A DNA stretch of 64,000 nucleotides from Acidimicrobiia bacterium (GCA_041576165.1 JBFGLM010000002.1:64001-128000); one strand, 5' to 3'; numbered from the stretch's first letter, positions 10,188 to 20,807 are shown. A program made the numbers and translations. The notes: generated by a model from the letters alone, not told the origin.

Positions 10188-11357
10188 ATGCGCATCGTGC
10201 TGATGACCGGCAAGGGAGGGGTTGGGAAGACGACGGTGGCAGCCGCCACCGCATTGCACGCCGCAGATATCGGCCTGCGGGTCCTGGTCATGTCGACCGA
10301 TCCAGCCCACTCGTTGGCGGACGCCTACGACGTGCCGTTGGGTGACACGCCGCGCGAGATCGCGCCTCGGCTGCGCGCCCAGCAGGTGGATACCCAGACC
10401 CAGCTGGAGAGATTCTGGAGTGACATTCACCAGCAACTCATGGCCGTGTTCAATTGGGGTGGGGTAGACGGGATAGCCGCTGAAGAGTTCCTGATCTTCC
10501 CCGGAATGGACGAGCTGTTCTCGCTGCTCGAGGTGAAGGAGCACGCCAAGAGCGGTGACTATGACGTCGTGGTAGTTGATTGTGCTCCCACCGCAGAAAC
10601 GCTCCGGCTGCTGAGTCTGCCGGAGGTGTTGTCGTGGTACTTCGATCGGGTGCTCCCCACCGAGCGCAAGATCATGCGGGCTGCCCGACCCGTCCTGTCC
10701 CGTGTCACGAACCTGCCGATGCCGAGCGAATCAGTCTTCGACGCCGCCGAGACCGTTTTCGCTGGTGTCGAGGAGGTTCGCGAGTTGCTGTCCGATCCGG
10801 AAATCACGGCGGCCCGCCTCGTTGTCAACCCAGAGAAGATGGTGGTCAACGAGGCCCGTCGGACCTACACGTACCTCGGCTTCTTCGGCTACGGCGTCGA
10901 TGGCGTCATCGTCAACCGGGTCCTGCCCGAGTCGGTCCGGGATCCGTATTTCGAACGCTGGCGCTCAATTCAAGAGCAGCATCTGGAGACGATCGCGCAG
11001 GCGTTCCAGGAGGTGGACGTCCTTCCGCTCCGATTGTTCGACGAGGAGATGGTCGGCTTTGAACGCTTGCGAGTTCTCGCCAAGGAGCTGTACGCCGACC
11101 GCCACCCGATCGACGAGTTTCATGCCGCGCAGCCGTTCTCAGTGACCGAGTCTGAAGACCAGGTTGTGCTCGACCTGTCGGTGCCGTTTGCGGAACTGGA
11201 CGAGGTGGACGTTGTGCGGCATGGTGCCGAGCTGTACGTGACCGTTGGTGCGTACCGGCGGTCATTCGTCCTGCCCGATTCGCTTCGACGGCGCAAGGTC
11301 GGCGGTGCCCGCCTGGCGGACGGCAGGCTACGCGTCACCTTCGTGGACCCGGAATGA
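10188..11357 (+). CDS. ArsA/Get3-family ATPase with C-terminal HSP20-like domain
   Basis: GKGGVGKTT, STDPAHSL, DCAPTAETLRLL, C-terminal beta domain. Confidence 0.92.
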   Translation: MRIVLMTGKGGVGKTTVAAATALHAADIGLRVLVMSTDPAHSLADAYDVPLGDTPREIAPRLRAQQVDTQTQLERFWSDIHQQLMAVFNWGGVDGIAAEEFLIFPGMDELFSLLEVKEHAKSGDYDVVVVDCAPTAETLRLLSLPEVLSWYFDRVLPTERKIMRAARPVLSRVTNLPMPSESVFDAAETVFAGVEEVRELLSDPEITAARLVVNPEKMVVNEARRTYTYLGFFGYGVDGVIVNRVLPESVRDPYFERWRSIQEQHLETIAQAFQEVDVLPLRLFDEEMVGFERLRVLAKELYADRHPIDEFHAAQPFSVTESEDQVVLDLSVPFAELDEVDVVRHGAELYVTVGAYRRSFVLPDSLRRRKVGGARLADGRLRVTFVDPE

Positions 11358-11542
11358 TGGCAAGATGTGATCTCGCCGAGTGGACGCGGGCCCTCGGCCG
11401 GGCCGTGAGCGCCGCCACGCCTCATCTGCTGGTGGCGGCCCGGGAGTTGACCGTAGCGGGATTCGCTTTCATCGAAGCACTGACTGCCGACGGCGCCACC
11501 GCGCCGAGTCCGGGGCGGGAACGGATACGGGTCGTTGAGTGA
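11354..11542 (+). CDS. Small hypothetical protein downstream of ArsA
   Basis: ATGA overlap with arsA; HLLVAARELTVA...ERIRVVE resembles the short ORF usually found between ArsA and the ROK kinase. Confidence 0.6.
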   Translation: MMARCDLAEWTRALGRAVSAATPHLLVAARELTVAGFAFIEALTADGATAPSPGRERIRVVE

Positions 11543-11553
11543 CGTGCGAGCCC

Positions 11554-12891
11554 TCAAGGCCACCGGTCCGAGTCGGGGTAGACGCTGGCCCAGCTGAACC
11601 AGAAGGCGGGCACGGCCTCGACGCGGGGCAGCTCCCGTCCATCGTCCAGACGAAGGCTGGACTCGGTCATGGCCTGTATGCCGGCCTCGGTAGCCGAACC
11701 GAGGAACACCCGGGCACCCGCTGCTTCGGTTGGGATCACGGTGATGGCATCGCCTCCCACCGACGTGACCAGCGTACCGTGGTCGATGAGAGCGTCGAGT
11801 TCAATTGCCAGTGCACGGCCGTTGTGGGCTACGCCCACCACCGCGACCTTGGGCGGGCCGCCGGGCGTGCTCGGAGCCGGGAACCACAAATCCGGGCTGG
11901 CGTAGTACTCGGAGTCAGCGGCACCCTCTTCGTATGACACGTCGCCGAGCGCCAGCGCAGGACCCTGCGTGTCCGGCTTGGCCACCACGAGCGTGTCGGG
12001 ATGCGTCGTTTGCCAGTCCTGCCAGGTCGTTGTGGTAAGGAACAAGCGGTCGAGCTCTGTGCCGGCCAGCGGACCGGTAAGTGCGATGCCCGTCAGTTGC
12101 TGCCACACGGATCCAGTCTCTCGGTCGATCATCAGGTTGTTGGAGTTGAGCAAAAGACCCGACATCACGAACTCGAGCTCGCGCCCGTCCACTACGCGGC
12201 TGAACAGCCCGGCAGACCGGCAGAGGGTGCAATTGGTCAGCACCACCGGCTGTCCGCCCAGCACGTCATTCGACAGCTCGTGGACGTCCAGGATGCGCAC
12301 CGGGTAGGCGCGAGCTGCTCCTAGCAGCTTCGCGCCGAAAACCAGGTCTTCTGGCGACAAATAGTCAGCACTGGCCGGATTGATCAACGCCGGCGTGTTG
12401 ATGGCCGGGATGCCGTCGAATGGCACGGGCCCCCCCTGCACTTCGGCCGCCAGACGCGGCTCCAAGCCCGCAATGATCTCCTCGAACTCGGGCGACAGTT
12501 CCGCGTACAGCCGGCCCTTCCAGGCCGGGTAAGAGGGCGGCGGTACGATCTCGGGACGGTCGAGCAGCCATGACCCGAAGGTGACGTGGTCCTCCGTCGG
12601 TCGTCCGGTCGCCGCCAGGCCGGTCAGCGCTGCCAGCGCGTCGGTCACCGCCGTGCGGCGCTCCTCGTCGAGCTCCACCCGTAGGAGGTCAATCAGGTAG
12701 GGGACGATCGTCGCGTTGTCCTGATCCACAGCCGCGGCCGCAGCTGCGGTCACAGCATCGTCGGTTCGCCGGTCGGCGAGTGGTTCGAAAAGTGGGAGCA
12801 CTTCGGGCGAGGCCGGCAGATGGCTATCTGCTCCGGCTCTACAGGCGGCCAGGATCAGCCCCAAGGTCACGATGATCGCCGCCGCGCGCAT
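11554..12891 (-). CDS. DUF3179-family lipoprotein
   Basis: Lipobox LILAAC; DGIPAI, ARAYP, HELSND, CTLC, DRETGSVWQQLTG, FWFSW. Confidence 0.85.
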   Translation of the reverse strand: MRAAAIIVTLGLILAACRAGADSHLPASPEVLPLFEPLADRRTDDAVTAAAAAAVDQDNATIVPYLIDLLRVELDEERRTAVTDALAALTGLAATGRPTEDHVTFGSWLLDRPEIVPPPSYPAWKGRLYAELSPEFEEIIAGLEPRLAAEVQGGPVPFDGIPAINTPALINPASADYLSPEDLVFGAKLLGAARAYPVRILDVHELSNDVLGGQPVVLTNCTLCRSAGLFSRVVDGRELEFVMSGLLLNSNNLMIDRETGSVWQQLTGIALTGPLAGTELDRLFLTTTTWQDWQTTHPDTLVVAKPDTQGPALALGDVSYEEGAADSEYYASPDLWFPAPSTPGGPPKVAVVGVAHNGRALAIELDALIDHGTLVTSVGGDAITVIPTEAAGARVFLGSATEAGIQAMTESSLRLDDGRELPRVEAVPAFWFSWASVYPDSDRWP

Positions 12892-12937
12892 GCTGTGACT
12901 CTCCCACGTCGACCGGTCGGTGGGAAACCGGACGCAG

Positions 12938-12966
12938 CCGGGCCCCGACTGCTAGCCGGGGCCCGG
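12938..12966 (-). terminator. Putative terminator hairpin downstream of hsp20
   Basis: CCGGGCCCCG-N9-CGGGGCCCGG perfect 10-bp stem; no clear U tract. Confidence 0.45.
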
Positions 12967-13045
12967 TATTCCACGGTGGGAGGAGGGAGAGATTGGGCTG
13001 TTCAGTGGCGGCCGGTCGCAGAACGCTCCCGGCCGGCGCTGGGGG

Positions 13046-13477
13046 TCAGCCCGCCGTGGAAATCTCAATCTTGCGGGGGAGGACTTCCGGCCGCTTGGCC
13101 AGGGTCACCTCGAGAATCCCGTCCTTGTACGTGGCCTCCACCTCATTGGTGTCGTAGTGGTCGCCTACCCGGATCGACCGCCGGAAGGCTCCTCGCGCCA
13201 GCTCGCGGCGGTGATAGGTGGCGTCCTGCTCCTCGGACTCGAAGGCCCGTTCCCCGCTCAGGGCCAGCACGCCGTTTTCGAGCGTGACGGTGAGGTTCTC
13301 GGCGTCGAAACCGGGCACCTCAAACCGGGCCACGAGGGAATCGCCGGACTCCACTAGGTCGACTGCGGGCACCCACGCCCGAGGCTCGGCCCGGTCATCC
13401 CACGAATCGAACAGCCGGTCGAAGTCGGGACCGAAGATCCGGCCGAAAGCGATTGGCCGCTGACGTACGAGCTGCAT
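13046..13477 (-). CDS. Hsp20/alpha-crystallin small heat-shock protein
   Basis: WVPAVDL, EVPG, LSGER, ERxxG-like ELARGAFRRS, ATYKDGILEV. Confidence 0.93.
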   Translation of the reverse strand: MQLVRQRPIAFGRIFGPDFDRLFDSWDDRAEPRAWVPAVDLVESGDSLVARFEVPGFDAENLTVTLENGVLALSGERAFESEEQDATYHRRELARGAFRRSIRVGDHYDTNEVEATYKDGILEVTLAKRPEVLPRKIEISTAG

Positions 13478-13520
13478 GTGGCTGATCCTCCTGTATTGCT
13501 GAAATGTGGCTTTACTCTTG

Positions 13521-13555
13521 ATCTAATAATAACAGACTTAGATTTATTCCGGCAA
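13521..13555 (-). promoter_or_regulatory. hsp20 promoter overlapped by a HAIR-like inverted repeat
   Basis: AT-rich intergenic; TTGCCG-N18-TATTAT on the minus strand; ATCTAA-N11-TTAGAT palindrome at 13521-13543. Confidence 0.55.
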
Positions 13556-13656
13556 GACATAAAGATTTTCGTGTGTTTCAACCCGCGTTTTGGAATAGGT
13601 ATTCCAGGTCGGCGGTTGAACGGGAGGTTCCCGGCCCACATCAGGAGGCCCTGCAG

Positions 13657-16026
13657 ATGCCCGATCAGATCACCAACGACTCCGCTGGCGGGCCGGCGGA
13701 ATCCGACGTCCGAACGGCGGTCGGCTCGCAGCCGTCGTCGCTGCCCGTGCTGCCGTTGCGTGACACCGTGGTACTACCGCAGATGGTGATGCCAATCCTG
13801 GTTGGCCGTCCTCGGTCGCGGGAGCTCGTGCAGCATCTGATTGAAGACCAGCTGGAGCTCGTCGTACTCTCGGGGTTGAAACGCGACACCGACGATCCGG
13901 AGCCGGGCGACCTCTACCCGACCGGCACGGTGGCCCGTGTGGTCCAGCTGATGGCGTTGCCTGACGGCAATTTCCGGCTCGTCGTGGAAGGCGAGACACG
14001 GGTCCGCGTGCGGGGCTTCTCCCAAACCGATCCGTTCTTTGTGGCGGACGTTGATTGGCTGGAGGATCGACCGGGTGACCCGATACGCACAGAGGCGCTG
14101 CGCCGCCAGGTTCTGTCGCAGTTCGCCAGCCTGGCCCAGCGATCGCCCTATCTGGACGAGCAGGCACTGCGGCGGGCCCGGACCACGGAGTCCCCTGCGG
14201 CGCTGGCCGACTTCATTGCGGCGTCCCTCAACCTGGCGGCAGAGCCCCGCCAGGAGCTGCTCGAGGCGATGGACGTCGAGAAGCGCCTGGATGCATTGAC
14301 GCGCATCCTCGCCGGTGAGATCTCGGTGCTCGAGGTCGGCGCCCAAATCCAAGAGGAAGTCGAGGCTGATCTAGCTGGGACGCAGCGCGAGTTCATTCTC
14401 CGTAAGCAGCTCGAAGCCATCCGCCGCGAGCTGGGCGAACTCGACGGTGAGGCCGGTGATGCTACAGCGGACCTGCGAACCCGGCTGGAGGAGGCAGGCC
14501 TTCCCGAAGCGGTGCGCAAGGAGGCATTCCGGGAGCTGGAGCGGCTGGTCAAGGTGCAGGAAGCGAGCCCCGAGCACCAGGTGATCACCACCTATCTCGA
14601 CTGGATACTGCGCGTGCCCTGGTCGGTGGCCAGCGAGGACCGTCTCGATGTGGCTGAGGCCGAGGGCATCCTGGAGGAGGACCACCACGCACTGGCTGAC
14701 ATCAAGGAACGCATCCTCGAATACCTCGCGGTGCTGCAGCTGACCCACGACATGCGCGGACCGATCCTCGCCCTGGTCGGCCCGCCCGGCGTGGGCAAGA
14801 CGTCGCTGGGCCGTTCCATCGCCCGCGCCATGGGCCGCGAGTTCGTCCGGATCTCGCTAGGTGGTGTCCGGGATGAGGCCGAGCTGCGGGGACATCGCCG
14901 CACGTATATCGGCTCGATGCCCGGCCGGATCGTTCAGGGACTGGTTCGAGCCGGCACCCGCAACCCGGTGATCATGCTCGACGAGATTGACAAACTCGGG
15001 GCCGACTATCGGGGCGATCCGAGCGCAGCGCTGCTCGAGATCCTCGACCCGCGGCAAAACGACACGTTTACCGATCACTATCTCGACGTGCCGGTCGACC
15101 TGTCGCAGGTCATGTTCATTGCGACCGCCAACGTGCTGCACACCATCCCGCAACCGCTCATCGACCGGATGGAGATCATCCAGGTCTCCGGCTACACCCG
15201 GGATGAGAAGGCCGAGATCGCCCGCAAGTACCTGATCCCGCGCCAGCTTTCTGAGCATGGGCTCGATGAATCAGACCTCCAACTGGGTGAGGGAGTGATA
15301 GAAGGGATCGTGGCCTCCTACACCAGGGAGGCCGGCGTGCGGGAACTCGAGCGCAGGATTGCCCGGGTCGCCCGCAAAGCCGCCAAACGGCGGGTGGGCG
15401 GCGACTCCGGCGTCATCGACATCACGGCGGACAACCTGAGTGAGTTCCTCGGTTCACCGAAATACCGGGACAAGGTGGTCGACACCGATGATCAGGTGGG
15501 TGTGACTGCCGGCCTGGCGGTGACCGGCGTGGGCGGCGACGTGCTGTTCGTCGAAGCTTCCCTGATCCCGGGGACCGGCAAAGTGACCATCACCGGCCAG
15601 CTCGGCGATGTCATGCGCGAGTCGGCGCAGGCGGCCCTCACATACACCCGGGCGCAGACGGCCGATCTCGGGTCGTGGTTCGACGAGCGAGACATTCACA
15701 TCCACGTGCCGGAAGGTGCGGTGCCGAAAGATGGCCCCTCCGCCGGTGTCACGATGACCACTTCGCTGGTCAGCGCGGTCCGCGGAGCAGCGGTCGATCG
15801 ATCGGTGGCGATGACCGGCGAGGTCACGCTCCACGGTAAGGTTCTGCCGATCGGGGGCGTGAAGGACAAGGTTCTCGCGGCTCACCGGGCCGGCCTGAGG
15901 ACCGTGTTGCTGCCCGCAGACAACGAGAAGGATCTCGACGATGTACCGGCGTCGGTGCGAGACGAACTGGACATCCGCTTGGTGTCGAACATGGAAGAGG
16001 TGCTCGAGGTGGCCCTGGTCGGCTGA
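13657..16026 (+). CDS. lon: ATP-dependent Lon protease
   Basis: LPVLPLRD N-domain, GPPGVGKTS, GHRRTYIG, PKDGPSAG, GGVKDK; AGGAGG RBS before ATG 13657. Confidence 0.97.
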   Translation: MPDQITNDSAGGPAESDVRTAVGSQPSSLPVLPLRDTVVLPQMVMPILVGRPRSRELVQHLIEDQLELVVLSGLKRDTDDPEPGDLYPTGTVARVVQLMALPDGNFRLVVEGETRVRVRGFSQTDPFFVADVDWLEDRPGDPIRTEALRRQVLSQFASLAQRSPYLDEQALRRARTTESPAALADFIAASLNLAAEPRQELLEAMDVEKRLDALTRILAGEISVLEVGAQIQEEVEADLAGTQREFILRKQLEAIRRELGELDGEAGDATADLRTRLEEAGLPEAVRKEAFRELERLVKVQEASPEHQVITTYLDWILRVPWSVASEDRLDVAEAEGILEEDHHALADIKERILEYLAVLQLTHDMRGPILALVGPPGVGKTSLGRSIARAMGREFVRISLGGVRDEAELRGHRRTYIGSMPGRIVQGLVRAGTRNPVIMLDEIDKLGADYRGDPSAALLEILDPRQNDTFTDHYLDVPVDLSQVMFIATANVLHTIPQPLIDRMEIIQVSGYTRDEKAEIARKYLIPRQLSEHGLDESDLQLGEGVIEGIVASYTREAGVRELERRIARVARKAAKRRVGGDSGVIDITADNLSEFLGSPKYRDKVVDTDDQVGVTAGLAVTGVGGDVLFVEASLIPGTGKVTITGQLGDVMRESAQAALTYTRAQTADLGSWFDERDIHIHVPEGAVPKDGPSAGVTMTTSLVSAVRGAAVDRSVAMTGEVTLHGKVLPIGGVKDKVLAAHRAGLRTVLLPADNEKDLDDVPASVRDELDIRLVSNMEEVLEVALVG

Positions 16027-16041
16027 CGGCGCCGGCGACCC

Positions 16042-16992
16042 ATGGTGACCTCAACGCAGCCCAACGCGCTCGGCATCGATCTCGGTGGTACCAAGATGGC
16101 CGCTGCCATCATCGCGCCCGATGGATCCATCCTGCAGCGGCGCACCGTGCCCCGTCCGGCCACCGGCGCCGCCATGCTCAACGAGCCGGTGGGGCTGGCG
16201 TCCGAACTGATCGACGATTCGGTGGGACGGATCGGGGTCGGCGCGGCTGGTTTGGTCGACTGGACCGAAGGCACGCTGGTGTGGGGGCCGAACGTGGCAG
16301 GTGAGCACGTGCCGTTCAAAGAGATGTTCGAGCGGACGCTGCAGCGACCCACGGCAGTCGACAACGACGCCAACGTGGCCGGTCTCGCTGAAACCCGCAT
16401 CGGCGCGGCTCGCGGGTGCAGGCACGTTGTCATGATCACACTGGGGACGGGGATTGGCGGCGGCTGGATGGTGGACGGCCAGCCGTACCGGGGCCGCAAC
16501 TTTGCCGGCGAGATCGGCCATGTAGTCGTGGATGTCGGCGGACAATGGTGCACGTGCGGTCAGCGTGGCTGCTGGGAGACGTTCGCATCCGGTCGGCGAT
16601 TGGACCAGATGGCTCGCGACCTGGTGGCCACGCGGCCCGGTGGGCTGGTGGCGAAGCTGGCTGAAGGCACGACGCCTACCGGTCGCCACCTCACCGACGC
16701 CGCGCTCGAAGGCGATTGGGATGCGATAGCCCTGATCGAAGAGATGGGGATCTGGCTGGGCATCGGTATTGCCAATCTGATCGCTGCTTTCGACCCGGAG
16801 ATCGTGGTCGTGGGTGGCGGCGCATCCCGGGCAGGAGATGTCCTGTTGGAACCGACCCGGCAGTCGGTCTCGAACTCGCTCGAGGGTTCCGAACACCGCC
16901 CGCCCACTCCGATCGTCGGTGCCGAACTGGGAGAGGACGCCGGCGTGATCGGGGCGGGGTTGCTGGCGTTCGAGGCGATCGGACCTGCATGA
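16042..16992 (+). CDS. ROK-family sugar kinase (glucokinase-like)
   Basis: GIDLGGTK, DNDAN, TLGTGIGGG, GEIGH, CTCGQRGCWE. Confidence 0.92.
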   Translation: MVTSTQPNALGIDLGGTKMAAAIIAPDGSILQRRTVPRPATGAAMLNEPVGLASELIDDSVGRIGVGAAGLVDWTEGTLVWGPNVAGEHVPFKEMFERTLQRPTAVDNDANVAGLAETRIGAARGCRHVVMITLGTGIGGGWMVDGQPYRGRNFAGEIGHVVVDVGGQWCTCGQRGCWETFASGRRLDQMARDLVATRPGGLVAKLAEGTTPTGRHLTDAALEGDWDAIALIEEMGIWLGIGIANLIAAFDPEIVVVGGGASRAGDVLLEPTRQSVSNSLEGSEHRPPTPIVGAELGEDAGVIGAGLLAFEAIGPA

Positions 16993-17429
16993 ACGACGCT
17001 TACAAACCCGACGCCGTGTTCTCACCGGATGGCCGGCGCATAGAAGGTGCCCGGGAGTGGCTCAAGGAACTGGCGCTGGCGATCCCCAATGTCGCCAAGC
17101 TCCTGGGTCGGCTCGCCGCCGACCCCCGGGTTCCACAGGGGGCCAAACGACTGGCCGGGGTTGTCGCGGCGTACCTAGTGTCGCCAGTCGACCTCATCCC
17201 GGATTTCATCCCGATAATCGGCCGTACGGATGATGTGCTGCTGGCGGCCTACGCCGTCAACTATTTGATCAAATCGGCGGGCGAGCATGTTGTCCGGGAA
17301 CATTGGGACGGAGCCGACGAGGTACTCGACATCCTCGTCGACACCGTGGACGTGATATCTCACGCCATGCCGCGCTCGCTCCGGTTGGCGCTCGGACGGT
17401 TGGGCCGGCTGCAGATCTTCCGTCGCTAG
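16989..17429 (+). CDS. YkvA/DUF1232 family protein
   Basis: AYLVSPVDLIPDFIPIIGRTDD signature; ATGA overlap with the ROK gene. Confidence 0.87.
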   Translation: MNDAYKPDAVFSPDGRRIEGAREWLKELALAIPNVAKLLGRLAADPRVPQGAKRLAGVVAAYLVSPVDLIPDFIPIIGRTDDVLLAAYAVNYLIKSAGEHVVREHWDGADEVLDILVDTVDVISHAMPRSLRLALGRLGRLQIFRR

Positions 17430-17477
17430 CCACGTCCCTCTGCACGGTATTCTGCGGGGATCCGAGGAGAGCGGCCA

Positions 17478-18650
17478 ATGGACTTTCGGCGCATCGGCAA
17501 CCTGCCCCCATACGTGTTTGCCCAGGTCAACCAGCTGAAGCATGCAGCGCGCCGCGCAGGCGAGGACATCGTCGATCTCGGGTTCGGAAATCCCGACATC
17601 CCCTCCCCGCCGGTCGCGGTGAGCAAACTGGCCGAAGCGGCTCACAACGGGCGGAACCATCGGTATTCGGCATCACGCGGCATTCCCAACCTGCGCCGGG
17701 CCGTGGCAGACCGATATCAGCGCCGCTTCGGGGTTGCGCTTGACCCGGAGACCCAGGTCATAACCACGATCGGAGCCAAGGAGGGCCTGGCGCACCTGAT
17801 GTGGGTGCTCGTGCAATCCGGCGACGTAGCCCTCGTGCCCGAGCCGAGCTACCCGATCCACATCTACGCCCCGGCCCTGGCGGGCGCAGAGATTCGCAAG
17901 GTCCCGGTCGGGGCGCACGCCGATTACTTCGATCATCTCGCCGAGGCCTTCGAGGACTCATGGCCGCGGCCCAGGGTGATACTCACTTCGTTCCCCCACA
18001 ATCCCACGACGGCCTGCGTGGAGGTCGACTTCTTCGAACGCCTCGTGGCGTTTGCGCGGGAGCACCAAGTGTTCCTCGTCCACGACTTTGCCTACGCCGA
18101 CATCGCCTTCGATGGTTATTCGCCCCCGAGCCTGCTCCAGGTACCCGGCGCGCTAGACGTGGGGGTAGAGCTCTACACCCTCACCAAAGGTCACTCCATG
18201 GCCGGTTGGCGGGTGGGCTTCGTGGTGGGCAACGCTCGCATGGTCGAGGCCCTGGCCAAGATGAAGTCGTATCTCGACTACGGCACCTTTCAGCCCATCC
18301 AGATCGCCTCGATCGTGGCGCTGAACGAGGGGGACGACTACGTCACCGAGGTGAATTCGATCTACAAGCGCCGGCGCGACGTCCTGGTCGACGGATTGAA
18401 CCGGGCCGGTTGGAAGGTCGACAAACCCAGGGGAACGATGTTCGTCTGGGCGGAAATCCCGGGGCCGTACGACGAGATGTCATCCATGGATTTCACGATT
18501 CACCTGCTCCGGGAGGCCAAGGTGGCCGTCAGCCCGGGCAACGGATTCGGGAACACAGGGGAGGGCTTCGTCCGCTTCGCGCTGGTGGAAAACGAGCACC
18601 GGATCAGCCAGGCGGTGCGAGGGATACGGGGAGCACTCGACAGACTGTGA
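17478..18650 (+). CDS. PLP-dependent class I/II aminotransferase (AlaC-like)
   Basis: [46 protein letters not shown]. Confidence 0.88.
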   Translation: MDFRRIGNLPPYVFAQVNQLKHAARRAGEDIVDLGFGNPDIPSPPVAVSKLAEAAHNGRNHRYSASRGIPNLRRAVADRYQRRFGVALDPETQVITTIGAKEGLAHLMWVLVQSGDVALVPEPSYPIHIYAPALAGAEIRKVPVGAHADYFDHLAEAFEDSWPRPRVILTSFPHNPTTACVEVDFFERLVAFAREHQVFLVHDFAYADIAFDGYSPPSLLQVPGALDVGVELYTLTKGHSMAGWRVGFVVGNARMVEALAKMKSYLDYGTFQPIQIASIVALNEGDDYVTEVNSIYKRRRDVLVDGLNRAGWKVDKPRGTMFVWAEIPGPYDEMSSMDFTIHLLREAKVAVSPGNGFGNTGEGFVRFALVENEHRISQAVRGIRGALDRL

Positions 18651-18680
18651 GGCCGACGCCGGGCAGCCGGTGGTCGGTCT

Positions 18681-20807
18681 TCAGCGGCCGACCGGAACGT
18701 AGGCGTTGCGGGCGTAGTCCTGGATCATACGGTGGGTGGAGAACGCGCCGATGGTCGAAGCTGTGGCCTCTTTCATCATCGCCACCCATCGCCGGGGAAT
18801 CCCGCCGTCGTCCCGCTCGTAGTACAGCGGGACCACCGTCTCTTGCAGCAGTTTGTAGAGCTCGACGGCGTCTTCGTTGTCCTGGGCGCTGTAGTCAGGG
18901 TTCTCGAGGCTGGCGCCGAACGTCCACCCATTCTTCTCGGTGTACCCCTCGATCCACCATCCGTCGGACACCGAAACGTTCAGCGCGCCGTTCATGGCGG
19001 CCTTCATCCCCGAAGTTCCGCTCGCCTCTTGCGGCGGGCGCGGATTGTTGAGCCATACGTCTACTCCCTGGACTAGAAAGCGGGCCATTCGCAGGTCGTA
19101 GTCCTCGAGGACGTGGATGTGACCTGCCAGCTCCGGACGCTTCGACAATTCGACGATGTGGCGGATGAGGCCCTGGCCATGCCGGTCGGCCGGATGAGCC
19201 TTGCCGGCAAACACGACCTGCACCGAGCGCTCGGGATCGGTCAAGATCGACTGCAGCCAGGGGACGTTGTGGAACAGCAGCGTCGCGCGCTTGTAGGTGG
19301 CAAATCGCCGGCCGAACCCGATCGTCAGCCGCTCGGGTGGCAGCAATCGCTCGACCGAGCGCAACTCGTCGGGCGAGGCGCCGTGGCGAGCCAGCTGGGT
19401 GCGGACCCGACCGCGCACGAACCGGGCAAACATCTGTTTGCGCGCCTGGTGGAGCGCCCAGATCTCTGAATCGGGGATCTCGTTGATCAACGCTGCAGCG
19501 CTGGGGTCGTCGATCAGGCTGCGCTCCCAATCGGCTCCCAGGTTCTTCTCGAGCGTGCGCATCAGGTCGCGTCCGAGCCACGTGGTCGGATGGACCCCGT
19601 TGGTAACGGCCAGCGCCGGCCGATTGAGCAGATGCGCCCAGTCGCGGTTCACGACTTCGGCGTGTTTGCGGCTGACCCCGTTGACGACCGAGGCGTGCTT
19701 GATGGCAAGGGCGCCTAGGTCGAACTGGAGATCCCCCGGCCGTTCCGAGCTGCCCAGGCGGCTGAGATGGAACAGATCGGTCCCCACCTTCCCGGGCCAC
19801 CAGCTCAAATACTTCTCGACTAACGCGTTGTCGAACGTCTCGTTTCCCGCCGGCACCGGCGTGTGCAGGGTGAACACGGTCCGGCGGGTGACCAGCTGCG
19901 TCGCCTCCTCGAGGGTGGCCCCGGCGGCAACATGTCGGGAGAGTCGCTCCAGAATGCTCATCGCGGCGTGGCCCTCGTTCACGTGCCACACCGACGGTTC
20001 GATACCCAGAGCGCCCAGCGCTCGGACCGACCCGATGCCCAGGATCAGCTCCTGGCAGAACCGCATTTCCCGACCCCTGACATAGAGGGTGTGGGTGATG
20101 GGGCGGTCGGCGGGTTCGTTGCCGGGGATGTCCGTGTCGAGCAGCAGGATCGGCACCCGGCCCACCTCCATGCACCATACGGCCACACCGACGGTGCGGC
20201 CGGGGAATTCGATCTGGACCTTCAGCTGGCCGCCGCTGGCCGATGCCACGGGTCGCACCGGCAACCGGCTCATGTCCAAGACCGGGTAGTAGTGCTGCTG
20301 GGTCCCATCCACGTCGAGGTACTGGTGGAAGTATCCACGGCGGTACAGGAGGCCGGTCCCGACAAAGGGAAGTCCGAGATCCGAGGCGGATTTGGCGTGG
20401 TCGCCGGCCAGCACTCCGAGGCCCCCCGAGTACAGGGGCATGGACGAGTGCATCCCGTATTCGGCGCAGAGGTATGCGATCGGGTTGTTGACGACGTCGG
20501 GGTACGCGCAATCAAACCAGCCGGTGCTCGACTCCATGTATGCGTCGAACCGGCGGACCGCTTCCATATAGAGGTCGTGAAACAGTTCGCTCTCTGCGAG
20601 CGATTCCCAGGTGGCCGGCTCCATCGCCGACAGCATCTCGATCGGGTTCCGGTAGCGCTCCCAGAGAACGGGGTCGAGTTGACGCCACATCTGGACCGCG
20701 TGGGTGTCCCATGACCACGCGAGGTTGTAGGCGAGGTCGTACAAACGGCTGTACTCGGCCGGTATATGGAATTCGTCGCCGTGTAGCAGCGGGATTCGAA
20801 CGCGCAT
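18681..20807 (-). CDS. glgP: Alpha-glucan phosphorylase
   Basis: YSGGLGVLAGDH, HVNEGH, RRFATYKR, EASGTSGMK. Confidence 0.95.
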   Translation of the reverse strand: MRVRIPLLHGDEFHIPAEYSRLYDLAYNLAWSWDTHAVQMWRQLDPVLWERYRNPIEMLSAMEPATWESLAESELFHDLYMEAVRRFDAYMESSTGWFDCAYPDVVNNPIAYLCAEYGMHSSMPLYSGGLGVLAGDHAKSASDLGLPFVGTGLLYRRGYFHQYLDVDGTQQHYYPVLDMSRLPVRPVASASGGQLKVQIEFPGRTVGVAVWCMEVGRVPILLLDTDIPGNEPADRPITHTLYVRGREMRFCQELILGIGSVRALGALGIEPSVWHVNEGHAAMSILERLSRHVAAGATLEEATQLVTRRTVFTLHTPVPAGNETFDNALVEKYLSWWPGKVGTDLFHLSRLGSSERPGDLQFDLGALAIKHASVVNGVSRKHAEVVNRDWAHLLNRPALAVTNGVHPTTWLGRDLMRTLEKNLGADWERSLIDDPSAAALINEIPDSEIWALHQARKQMFARFVRGRVRTQLARHGASPDELRSVERLLPPERLTIGFGRRFATYKRATLLFHNVPWLQSILTDPERSVQVVFAGKAHPADRHGQGLIRHIVELSKRPELAGHIHVLEDYDLRMARFLVQGVDVWLNNPRPPQEASGTSGMKAAMNGALNVSVSDGWWIEGYTEKNGWTFGASLENPDYSAQDNEDAVELYKLLQETVVPLYYERDDGGIPRRWVAMMKEATASTIGAFSTHRMIQDYARNAYVPVGR

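Noticed and set aside
10188-11357. ArsA as part of arsenic resistance together with arsC
   Set aside because: It is the single-domain Get3-like type with an HSP20-like tail in the conserved SRPBCC cluster, 40 kb from arsC and with no arsB/arsD.
11554-12891. Selenoprotein form of DUF3179
   Set aside because: The redox motif is CTLC with ordinary Cys codons; no in-frame TGA.
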